This document shows positions 50,348-59,359 of a stretch of 64,000 nt of DNA, in pieces. Location of the stretch: the NCBI GenBank assembly GCA_964386565.1, contig CAYLRU010000001.1:153375-217374 (forward strand). The letters run 5' to 3'. This DNA comes from an uncultured Desulfobacteraceae bacterium. Its GTDB lineage: Bacteria; Desulfobacterota; Desulfobacteria; Desulfobacterales; UBA5616. Every line of letters starts with the position of its first letter. Positions within the stretch are counted from its first letter, which is position 1. Made by a program: the position numbers and the translations under genes. The notes under the pieces are model-generated. The model was not told where the DNA came from and searched no databases. It was given only the letters and a program-made list of their open reading frames with translations.

Positions 50348-52228
50348 TCAGGTTAAAAGAAAATCTTCAAGACCAAGGGACTTTAACTTATCCTTTGCAG
50401 GGAGGCCGGTTTGAATATCCCAGCCCCTTTCCGCATAGTATTCATCCAAAACTTTTTCCAGGTCATCCCGGGTGAGTCTTTTTGTCTGGTAGTAGTCCAT
50501 CAGGGCGATTTCCCGGTCGCCCGTTTTCACGGGTTCAAACCATGCCTCAGGAGGTTCGTCGTGTTTTCGGTCGAAACCGATTTCAGCGTTTAAAATTTTA
50601 TACAGGTTCCAGATCCGTTCGCCGTCTTTGAGCAGATCCGAAGGACTTTTCTCGATGCCGGTGACCGTGGTGTATAAATCGCAGAAGTTTTCAATGCCGT
50701 AAAAACGGTGGATATAGAGGCGATGGCACTGGCCCATGGCATTAAATAAAGAATACCAGTTTTCGGCATGCGGTGTCAGTCTGCCGACGTTCAACGCATT
50801 GCCGCAGAAAATGCGGTTGATATCCTCATCCGGCATTCCCATGCGATGGGCATGCCGGATGAATTGTTCAATGGGACGCCCCGGCATATAGATACCCGTT
50901 CCGCCGCAGGCATAATTGGGACGCCCCGGATGCACCAGTTGGGCCAGGGCCATGGTATTGAGGCTGTCGACCCTGGGATCGATAAACGGCGTGCAGTTTT
51001 TAATATGGACAGCCTGTGACGGAGCAGGGTCGCCGATCATTTCCGCGGCGGCCAGCGGCCCCTGGGCCATGATGTTCCCGAACCCCTCGCGTCGGGCCGT
51101 TATTTCAATCAATCGGAGCGTTGTCTCATAGTCATGATTTATTTCAATGCCCCCGGTCTCTTTTTTCGTCAGAATGCCCTGTGCGTAAAGGGATCTCATC
51201 AATTCCAGGACGTTGTTGAAGTTGAGCCGACAGATCCCGTAGCGATTGAACGTGTCCAGCCGTTTGACGGCCCGGTTGTGGTTGTCCAGGGCGGTTTTCC
51301 CGCTGGATTCGAACTCGCCCATGAAATCGGTCATATAGGAAACCATGGGGGCGTATTCCCCCTCTCTTATCCGGTTGAGCTCCTTATCCCCCATGGGACA
51401 GGAAGGACATGCCAGGGTCTTTCTGGTATTTTTATGAATTTCATCCCAGCCGTCGATAGATAACCCCATGCCGGCAATCCACTGGGACGTCATGGCAAAG
51501 GTCCCGCCTTCGATGAGAACCGGGCGCATCCGGTAGTCCATGATGCGATCCATCATCTTGTTTACGGACTTCTTCAGTCTCATCCGATCTGCGACACGAA
51601 TGCCTTTTTTTCCCCGGCAGGCGACAACGGCTTTTAAATTTTTTGACCCCATGACCGCCGGAAGCCCCCCGAATCCCAGGGTTCCGCCCTTATCCATAAA
51701 TGTCACCGATATGCTGACCCGGTTTTCACCGGAAGGACCGATGGGAATGACACTGCATGTCCCATGCCGCAGACGAAGTGCGTCGACCGTTTCGTAGGTG
51801 TCCGATCCCCACAGGTCTTTCGCATTGCAGAGCCGGATTCGGTCATTTTCAATCAGCAGGTAAACCGGATCCGGTGCCTTGCCGCGGATTACGATGTGAT
51901 CATATCCCGACGTTTTCAGCATAAGCGGAAAGTGACCACCACCGCAGGCCGTACCGATGCCGCCGCTCAACGGCAGCTTTGTGGTGACGGACAGTTCTGC
52001 GGAGCCTGGAACAATGGTGCCGGAAAACGGGCCTGTACCGATGATAATCACATTTTCCGGCGCAAGGGGGTTCACGTCCGGGGCGATAAGGCGTGCCGCA
52101 AGAACCGCATTGATTCCCCACCCGCCGAGAAACCCGAACACCGTTTCAGGATCCATGGGTTTTGTTTCAAAAGTGTTATCGGTGAGATCAACATACAGAA
52201 TCCGACCGGTATATCCTGGCGTTTCCAT
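50348..52228 (-). CDS. Aldehyde:ferredoxin oxidoreductase family (tungstopterin) enzyme, paralog 2
   Basis: The ATG at 52228 (METPGYTGRILYVDL...) is preceded by AAGGAG. AOR-family N-terminal and pterin-binding regions are present. The cluster motif reads CPSCPMGD (CxxCxxxD). Confidence 0.85.
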   Translation of the reverse strand: METPGYTGRILYVDLTDNTFETKPMDPETVFGFLGGWGINAVLAARLIAPDVNPLAPENVIIIGTGPFSGTIVPGSAELSVTTKLPLSGGIGTACGGGHFPLMLKTSGYDHIVIRGKAPDPVYLLIENDRIRLCNAKDLWGSDTYETVDALRLRHGTCSVIPIGPSGENRVSISVTFMDKGGTLGFGGLPAVMGSKNLKAVVACRGKKGIRVADRMRLKKSVNKMMDRIMDYRMRPVLIEGGTFAMTSQWIAGMGLSIDGWDEIHKNTRKTLACPSCPMGDKELNRIREGEYAPMVSYMTDFMGEFESSGKTALDNHNRAVKRLDTFNRYGICRLNFNNVLELMRSLYAQGILTKKETGGIEINHDYETTLRLIEITARREGFGNIMAQGPLAAAEMIGDPAPSQAVHIKNCTPFIDPRVDSLNTMALAQLVHPGRPNYACGGTGIYMPGRPIEQFIRHAHRMGMPDEDINRIFCGNALNVGRLTPHAENWYSLFNAMGQCHRLYIHRFYGIENFCDLYTTVTGIEKSPSDLLKDGERIWNLYKILNAEIGFDRKHDEPPEAWFEPVKTGDREIALMDYYQTKRLTRDDLEKVLDEYYAERGWDIQTGLPAKDKLKSLGLEDFLLT

Positions 52229-52542
52229 TTTAAGGGTTCTCCTTTCCCTCATTTCCGGATATGGACACTGGTCTGAGACGGCAATTGTGGAATTTGAAGG
52301 GTTAACAGGTGTTTAAAAGGTTCTTAAACTAATCTTTCTAATACCAGTTGCATCTGAATATTACAATACGTTATTTTAGTGAATCCTTGACCCCTTGACG
52401 TTGATTTTCGCCCGGATGATCCGATCATATGAAAAAAAAATTGACAATCAGCTGAAATAGGTTAAATCCTGAATCCAGTTAATATTCCATTTTATTTCAA
52501 CAAAACAGGATATTCAAACCGTCTTGCGGAGATGACATCAGA

Positions 52543-53736
52543 ATGAAAATCAACATTGAAGGGATTGTTTCACCCGGTTTTGAAAAGGTCAAAGAGGTCT
52601 TTGCAGCCAACTGGGACGGGTATGAGGTCGGTGCAAGCTGTGCCGTGGTTTACAAGGGCAGGATGGTGGTCGATCTCTGGGGCGGATACCGGGACAGGGA
52701 TTTAAAAAATTCCTGGCAAAAAGATACGCTGGTGAATGTGTATTCCACCACCAAGGGCATGGCATCTTTGGCAATTGCCATCCTCGTGGAAGAGGGGAAA
52801 CTGGATTACGACGCCCGGGTCGTGGATTACTGGCCCGAATTCGGTGAAGAAGGCAAAGACAAGGTGACTGTAGCGCAACTGCTGTCCCATCAGGCCGGTA
52901 TCTGCGGCGTGAGCGAAAAGATCACCATTGAAGATTTGTACGACTGGGACAAGATGGTCCGGCTGCTTGCCGCGCAAAAGCCTTTCTGGGAACCCGGTAC
53001 AACAGCCGGATATCATGCCGTGACATGGGGGTATCCGGCCGGGGAAATCGTCCGGCGAATCACCGGAAAGACCCTGGGCACGGTTTTTCACGAAAAAGTC
53101 GCAAAACCCCTGGGCGCTGATTTTTATATCGGGCTGCCCGATTCGGAGATGGACCGCGTGGCCGACCTCGTGGGCCCCAACCACGCCCGCGTGCCCCAAG
53201 CTGCAAATCCGGATCCCAGGGTTCCCCCGCTTTATTCCGTGGCCCTGCTGAATCCCAATATCCGTCCGTATAAAGATGCCTGTTCAACGGCCTGGCGAAA
53301 AGCGGAGATCGCCGCAGCCAACGGACAGGCCAATGCAAGGGGCATTGCCAGGATTTACGGCGCCCTTGCCAACGGCGGTGAAATCGACGGTATCCGTATC
53401 ATCAGCAAGGAGGGTATTGATCGGGCCACTCGCGAGGAAGCCATGGTCCCGGAGGACCCGGTAACCGGCAACCCCATGCGTTTTGCCCGGGGGTTCATGC
53501 TGAACATCGAAGGGAATTACGGTCCCAATCCCCATGCATTCGGCCATGGCGGTGCAGGCGGTTCAATCGGGTTTGCCGATCCTGAAGCGAATATCGCTGT
53601 GGGTTACGCAATGAACCAGATGCAGGTGAACCCGGATGATGAACCCCGTGCCGGTTTACTGGTCAGGGCGATATACGATTGCCTGTTCGATTTAAAACGT
53701 CATACCAACAGCCAGGTCAGCGGCATTGACGGATAA
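52543..53736 (+). CDS. Serine hydrolase, class C beta-lactamase/esterase family
   Basis: 397 aa with SxxK (YSTTKG), a downstream Tyr motif region and HGGAGGS. Confidence 0.8.
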   Translation: MKINIEGIVSPGFEKVKEVFAANWDGYEVGASCAVVYKGRMVVDLWGGYRDRDLKNSWQKDTLVNVYSTTKGMASLAIAILVEEGKLDYDARVVDYWPEFGEEGKDKVTVAQLLSHQAGICGVSEKITIEDLYDWDKMVRLLAAQKPFWEPGTTAGYHAVTWGYPAGEIVRRITGKTLGTVFHEKVAKPLGADFYIGLPDSEMDRVADLVGPNHARVPQAANPDPRVPPLYSVALLNPNIRPYKDACSTAWRKAEIAAANGQANARGIARIYGALANGGEIDGIRIISKEGIDRATREEAMVPEDPVTGNPMRFARGFMLNIEGNYGPNPHAFGHGGAGGSIGFADPEANIAVGYAMNQMQVNPDDEPRAGLLVRAIYDCLFDLKRHTNSQVSGIDG

Positions 53737-53773
53737 TTTCATCAAAAATATTGCTGATCCTGCAACGGTAGCG

Positions 53774-55024
53774 TCATGTTTGCTGCCGATCGTCCCAGAT
53801 TTTGCAGAAACTGGCGTTTTCCGCAGCGGTACAGGCCCTGGACACGGCCCATTTTAACGTTAAAGGGGCTGCAATCGTGGTGACAAATGCCATGAGGACA
53901 AGGCCGGAAAACTGGTTCTGGGTCAGCAGGGGCTCGCCGATGGCCCCGCTGTTGAGCAGGTCATTACTCAGGTTGATCACCACCGTGGCCACGACCAGTT
54001 CCACCGCACCCCTGCCGTTCATGCCGAATCCGATGATCAGGGATTCCCAACGGTTGAATTTAAACACAGCCGCGCCCAGGCCGCACCCCAGAATTTTCCC
54101 GGCAAAAGCGACGAAAATCAAGGCCAGTGCGAAGAAGACAAAAGACCAGCTCCATGTGAGATGCAGGTGGAATGCCAGGGAAGCGAAGAAAATGGGTACT
54201 AAAAACCCGTAACTGATGCCGAAGATCTGGTGGTCGATGACCTCGTATACTTTTTCATCCAGAACCTCTTTTCTCACGAACTGTCCGGCTAAAAAGGCGC
54301 CGATCACCAGGTGGAGGCCCGCCATTTCGGCCAAAGACGCCATGAGAAGGGCCGCTGTCATGGCAAACATGAAAGCCTTGCGGCTTTCATTTGTAAACTG
54401 CCGGATATATCTGGGCAGGATGAAATGACCGACGAGAATGGTGAGGCCGAAAAATACGGCCACTTTGAGGAATATCAGGCCTATTCCCAGCAATTGAATC
54501 GATCCGGTTTTGGCAAGGCCCAGAAGGACGGACAGGGCGATGAGGGCCATGATGTCGTCGGCAATGGCCGCCCCCATGATGATATGCCCCAGTTCGGTCT
54601 GGTTGATCCGCATGGAATGAAGGATTACCGCCTGAACGGCGATGGCCGTAATGGACACGCCCATTCCCACGAACAGGGACTGGTATGTTGTCCCGCCGAA
54701 CAGCTTTGTCACCAGAAAGCCCAGAAAAAAGGGAAGGACAAATCCGCCTATGGCAACGGACATGGACGGCCATATATGTTCGACAAGTTCCTTGGGATTC
54801 ATCTCCATTCCCGTGTGAAACATCACAAAGAAAATGCCCAGTTCGGCCAGCAGTTCAAGAGAGGGCGTGGCTTTGACAATCCCCAGCAAGGGAGGGCCGA
54901 GGACGATGCCGGCAAGAAGCTCGCCCAGCATGACGGGAAGTCCGAACCTGGCAAAGATGATCCCGAATATCCAGGCCACCGCCAGAATGAGCAGAAGGTT
55001 GAGAATGAGTGAAAAGGAAAACAT
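53774..55024 (-). CDS. Cation:proton antiporter (CPA2 / Kef-NapA type)
   Basis: 416 aa with about 12 TM helices and sodium/hydrogen-exchanger-family motifs (GELLAGIVLGP, AADDIMAL). Confidence 0.8.
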   Translation of the reverse strand: MFSFSLILNLLLILAVAWIFGIIFARFGLPVMLGELLAGIVLGPPLLGIVKATPSLELLAELGIFFVMFHTGMEMNPKELVEHIWPSMSVAIGGFVLPFFLGFLVTKLFGGTTYQSLFVGMGVSITAIAVQAVILHSMRINQTELGHIIMGAAIADDIMALIALSVLLGLAKTGSIQLLGIGLIFLKVAVFFGLTILVGHFILPRYIRQFTNESRKAFMFAMTAALLMASLAEMAGLHLVIGAFLAGQFVRKEVLDEKVYEVIDHQIFGISYGFLVPIFFASLAFHLHLTWSWSFVFFALALIFVAFAGKILGCGLGAAVFKFNRWESLIIGFGMNGRGAVELVVATVVINLSNDLLNSGAIGEPLLTQNQFSGLVLMAFVTTIAAPLTLKWAVSRACTAAENASFCKIWDDRQQT

Positions 55025-55040
55025 GGGGTTCCTCCTCGGG

Positions 55041-56144
55041 TCAGATCTGCATTTTTTCGGTTTCTCTACTGAACAGAATCACATAAAGAAAGACGGCATA
55101 GCACAAAATCGTCAATACGGAAAAAAACCGCAGGTTGTTGCCCAAGGGCGCCAGAATGGTAACGATGGCCCAATGGAAGAGAATAACCAGCGATGAGTTC
55201 AGTTTAATGGGAAAGCTGTCAAACCGCATGATAACGGACAGTCCGGAAAGATTCCACCCGTAAAGGGAGACAACGGCATGGAGTTTTAAAAGCCATTTGA
55301 TTTGAGTGCTGTCGTATGCGGGTGAAAACGTCAGAACGATATAGGCGATACCGGTAACGGCCGTTACCAGCAAAAAAAGCATGCCGGACAGAAGAAATTT
55401 TTTTTGCTGCTCCCTTTTCCCCAGCCGTATAAACAGGACAAACATGAGGATGACGCACAGCGTCAGCAGCAGCGTTACGATGATCTGGGGGATCATTTTT
55501 TCAAGCAGGATAAAAATAAAAAATATGATGACCCCCAGGTTGACGGTCCAGAAGCTGATCTCCTTTAGTATTTTTTCTTTCACGGTGATATCGCTTTTCA
55601 TAAGGGAAAACACCACCGACAGGGTGATCAGCGACACCGGGAAGGAGAAGCCCAGGTAAAAGACATCCAGTTTCAATTTGGGCATGACGATGACGGGATA
55701 ATACACCGTGTTGATCATGATGCACCCGGAAAGGAACAACCCGATGGAAAGGCATAACAGGGAAGCGTGATGAAATTTTTCATGAACCGGGACACCCGGT
55801 TTGAAAAACATCCATGGGAAATATCCAAACCGTTTGATCCGGACGGTTTCCGTAATGACCGGAAGGATAAAGGCGATGATGGTCGCCGGTAAATAGCGGT
55901 TGAAAAAAGCGCTCACGGCATATCCCAGGGCCAGGATCAGAAACCACAGGGTCCTGGGGGAAACGGTTCTTTGTCCTTCCGAGTAGTAAAGAATGATGGT
56001 GCATCCCGTACACAGGTTAAATAAAAAGATATGGAGTCGTTCAAAGGTATACGCCTGCATCCGGGGGAAAAACAGGCCGAAAAACCCGAATGACAGGCCA
56101 AGGAGCATCATCGTCATAAACAGGATACGCGTCTTGATGTTCAT
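55041..56144 (-). CDS. Polytopic membrane protein, family not recognised
   Basis: 367 aa with about 10 hydrophobic segments. Its start overlaps the upstream stop (ATGA), implying translational coupling. Confidence 0.5.
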   Translation of the reverse strand: MNIKTRILFMTMMLLGLSFGFFGLFFPRMQAYTFERLHIFLFNLCTGCTIILYYSEGQRTVSPRTLWFLILALGYAVSAFFNRYLPATIIAFILPVITETVRIKRFGYFPWMFFKPGVPVHEKFHHASLLCLSIGLFLSGCIMINTVYYPVIVMPKLKLDVFYLGFSFPVSLITLSVVFSLMKSDITVKEKILKEISFWTVNLGVIIFFIFILLEKMIPQIIVTLLLTLCVILMFVLFIRLGKREQQKKFLLSGMLFLLVTAVTGIAYIVLTFSPAYDSTQIKWLLKLHAVVSLYGWNLSGLSVIMRFDSFPIKLNSSLVILFHWAIVTILAPLGNNLRFFSVLTILCYAVFLYVILFSRETEKMQI

Positions 56145-57553
56145 TTCGTCTCCGGTGGATTGGGGTGGTTTCTGCCCAGCAGGTGTCTTAAAGCGCCTTC
56201 AAGGTTCGGATACCGGAAACGATAACCGGCGTCCAGCAGTTTTTTCGGCACAACACAGGTGCTGGAGAGAAGGACCTCTTTTCCCATCTGTCCGAAAAAC
56301 AGCCGGATCACCGCCATGGGCACGGAAATGGATGCCGGGCGATTTAAAACCCTTGCAAGGGTCCGGTTAAACGCCAGGTTGGTCACGGGCTCCGGTGCTA
56401 CCAGATTAACGGGACCGGATATTTCATCCTGGTTCAGGATGTAAAGAACGGCGCCGAGCACGTCGTCCATGCCCACCCAACTGATGATCTGGTTCCCGGT
56501 GCCGATTTTCTTCAATCCCATTCCAAAATAATGGGGTATTAAAAGCCGGGAAAGGGCTCCGCCTGAGGGAGTGAGGACAACACCGATGCGAAGGGGCACC
56601 ACCCGGACGCCTTTTTCCGCCACCGGTGCCGTACAGCTTTCCCAGCGGGTGCATACCGTTGAAATAAAATCGTTGCCCGGCGGGTCATCCTCGACAAAGC
56701 ATCGGTCGTCGTGGTGGCCGTAATACCCGATGGCCGAAGCGCAGATAAGGACTTTGGGAAGGGGGGGCAGATTCAAAAGGGTCCGGGTTATCAATTGCGT
56801 TGTTTTAATCCTGCTGTGGATAATCGCTTGCTTTTTTTCCGGGGTCCATGATCCGGATCCGATATTGTCTCCTGAAAGATGGATCACGGCATCCACAGGA
56901 CCGATATCCTCCGTATTGATATCACCGGTGTACGGGTTCCAGTAGACTTCGTTGTTCTCCCTTACCGGCTTTTTTCTGACCAGCCGGATGATGCGATGCC
57001 CACCTGTGGTCAGATACGGCATCAGGGCCGATCCGATGGTTCCGCCGGCACCGGAAATAAGGATGTTCATGGGGCTTTTGGCCCGGTTCGGCAAATGGTC
57101 CCCAAGGTCCAGGGCCGTGGTATGATGCCGGTAGGTGAATATCCGGTCCAGTTTTTTTAAGATCCATTTCCTGAATACCGGGTGGGTGATTTTAGGTAAC
57201 GGGAATTTAAAATCGATGATGTCTTCGAGATATGCGGCATGGATCCCGTCCGGTGTGAACCGGTGGGTATGGCGCCATGTTGAAAACGGCCCCTTGACCT
57301 GGATATCCTGAAACATCCGGTTTTCCACGTAGTCCGTATGCTTTGCCGTCCAATTGTACCGGACGGGACCGGCTTTCATTTCCATGACAACCATTGCACC
57401 GTCATCAAGCCGACCTGAACTTTCTATTACTTTCATCGGATTCCACGGCGGGCTCAGCCTGGAGACGGCCCCGGGTCTTGTGTGCCATCTGAAGAGATCT
57501 TCCACAGGCGCGTCGATCCGGGATCTTTTTGTAAATCGGATAAGGTCGTTCAT
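56141..57553 (-). CDS. SRPBCC (START/cyclase-like) domain fused to a TIGR01777/YfcH-type SDR epimerase-family protein
   Basis: 470 aa. The N-terminal ~150 aa are SRPBCC-like, followed by the Rossmann motif ILISGAGGTIGSAL and a DUF1731-like C-terminus. Confidence 0.7.
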   Translation of the reverse strand: MNDLIRFTKRSRIDAPVEDLFRWHTRPGAVSRLSPPWNPMKVIESSGRLDDGAMVVMEMKAGPVRYNWTAKHTDYVENRMFQDIQVKGPFSTWRHTHRFTPDGIHAAYLEDIIDFKFPLPKITHPVFRKWILKKLDRIFTYRHHTTALDLGDHLPNRAKSPMNILISGAGGTIGSALMPYLTTGGHRIIRLVRKKPVRENNEVYWNPYTGDINTEDIGPVDAVIHLSGDNIGSGSWTPEKKQAIIHSRIKTTQLITRTLLNLPPLPKVLICASAIGYYGHHDDRCFVEDDPPGNDFISTVCTRWESCTAPVAEKGVRVVPLRIGVVLTPSGGALSRLLIPHYFGMGLKKIGTGNQIISWVGMDDVLGAVLYILNQDEISGPVNLVAPEPVTNLAFNRTLARVLNRPASISVPMAVIRLFFGQMGKEVLLSSTCVVPKKLLDAGYRFRYPNLEGALRHLLGRNHPNPPETK

Positions 57554-57706
57554 GGCGGATGTAAGCTTTTGACCGTTAAAGAATTCGCTGATTCCAGGGC
57601 TGTCTGTCCCGACCTTGTCAGGGTGTTACCTGTTGACAATTAAAGGTTCTTTTATCATGAAGAACAAGGCAAGGAAAGCAAAACAGGGAATTGAGGGAAA
57701 AAACAG

Positions 57707-59101
57707 ATGAAAAACCGGTCTCCGGTATTTGAAGAAAACCGTCAATTTTACATCGATCAAATAACGGTTTCAGAGCACCCTTTTGTCCGGTCGCCGCACC
57801 GGACATTGATCCGCATGTCGTTTCCCGTGCTGTTGTCGTTGATCGCCGAGCCGATGACGGGTCTTGTGGATACGGCATTTGTATCCCGTCTGGGTTCGGT
57901 TCCCCTGGCTGCGCTGGGTATCGGCACCATGGTACTTTCCAGCCTTTTTTGGGTCTTTAACTTCCTGGGCATCGGAACCCAGACCGAGATCGCCCAGTCA
58001 TTCGGGAAGCAGGCATCCGCCCGGGTCAGGGAAACCATATGGCTGGCGCTTTTTTTGGGTACGGTCCTGGGTTTTGCTGTCATTGCCGTCTGCATGCCGT
58101 TGGTTTCAGCCATATCCGGTGCAATGGGGGCACCCCCGGATGTGCGTGGTGTTGCCGCGCAATATCTTCATATCCGGCTGTTCGGTGCACCGGCCGTTCT
58201 TGTATCCATTGCGGCATTCGGTGCCCTTCGCGGACTGATGGACATGAAGACGCCGTTTTATATTGCCGTCTTTGTCAATATTTTGAATATATTCTTGGAT
58301 GCAGTATTGATTTTCGGGCTGGGGTTCATTCCGGCAATGGGAATTGCCGGAGCAGCCCTGGCCAGCACCGTCAGCCAGTACATGGGAGCGGTATGGGCAA
58401 TCATGGCGGTTTGTCGGAAATTCGGATTTTCCACCGAAATCCGTATTAAGGATGCTGTAAAGCTTTTCATCGTGGGCAGGGATCTGTTTATTCGAACCGG
58501 CTTGATCATCCTGTTTCTGCTCCTGGGCACACGGGCTGCAACGAGAATCGGGCCGGAGGCCGGAGCCGCGCACCAGGCCATTCGCCAGGTATGGATTTTC
58601 ACGGCCCTGTTCCTGGATGCATTCGCCGTCACCGGGCAGAGCCTGATCGGCTATTTCATCGGCCCCGGACAATTTGAACAGGCCCGCAACGCCGCAAAAA
58701 TCGTCTGCCTGTGGAGTCTTTTCACCGGCGTTCTGCTGGGTGCGGTCATGTGGCTGGGACAGGATATGATCATATCCGTTCTGGTGCCTGCAGATGCGGT
58801 TTACATTTTTGCACCGGCATGGATTGTGGCCGTCATTACCCAGCCGGTTAATGCCGTGGCCTTTGCCACCGACGGGATTCACTGGGGCGCCGGTGACTGG
58901 CGGTATTTGAGAAATGTCGTCTGCCTTGCCTCTGGATTGGGAGGGCTGGGGATTTATGTCATTGACGAGACCTCTCCGGATGCCCTGGTCCATATATGGG
59001 TTGTCATCGTCTGCTGGCTCGGCATACGCGCCTTCTTCGGCATCCTTCGTATATGGCCGGGCCTGGGAAAAAGCCCCTTAAGACAAAAACCCCTTCCCTG
59101 A
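57707..59101 (+). CDS. MATE-family efflux transporter (DinF-like)
   Basis: 464 aa with 12 TM helices and duplicated MatE halves. Confidence 0.85.
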   Translation: MKNRSPVFEENRQFYIDQITVSEHPFVRSPHRTLIRMSFPVLLSLIAEPMTGLVDTAFVSRLGSVPLAALGIGTMVLSSLFWVFNFLGIGTQTEIAQSFGKQASARVRETIWLALFLGTVLGFAVIAVCMPLVSAISGAMGAPPDVRGVAAQYLHIRLFGAPAVLVSIAAFGALRGLMDMKTPFYIAVFVNILNIFLDAVLIFGLGFIPAMGIAGAALASTVSQYMGAVWAIMAVCRKFGFSTEIRIKDAVKLFIVGRDLFIRTGLIILFLLLGTRAATRIGPEAGAAHQAIRQVWIFTALFLDAFAVTGQSLIGYFIGPGQFEQARNAAKIVCLWSLFTGVLLGAVMWLGQDMIISVLVPADAVYIFAPAWIVAVITQPVNAVAFATDGIHWGAGDWRYLRNVVCLASGLGGLGIYVIDETSPDALVHIWVVIVCWLGIRAFFGILRIWPGLGKSPLRQKPLP

Positions 59102-59359
59102 TAAATCCTGAAGCAGACCGGTTTCTTTAAAAAAGGGGAAGAGATCCAAACCGCCGCGTTTGCCGGCGGATATTTCTTTCAGTGCTTTTTTTGAATCAAA
59201 CCTTGCTTCGCTCTTCCGGTTTTTGCTATAGCTGTAAGGTATTCATTTATTTCATCATGATCTATCCATGCAATTGACCTTCATAAATTTATATTAATGT
59301 CGGATATCGCCGTTTACGGTATCACTGAAAAATATCATTGAAAAAAGGGAGGGTGTGTC

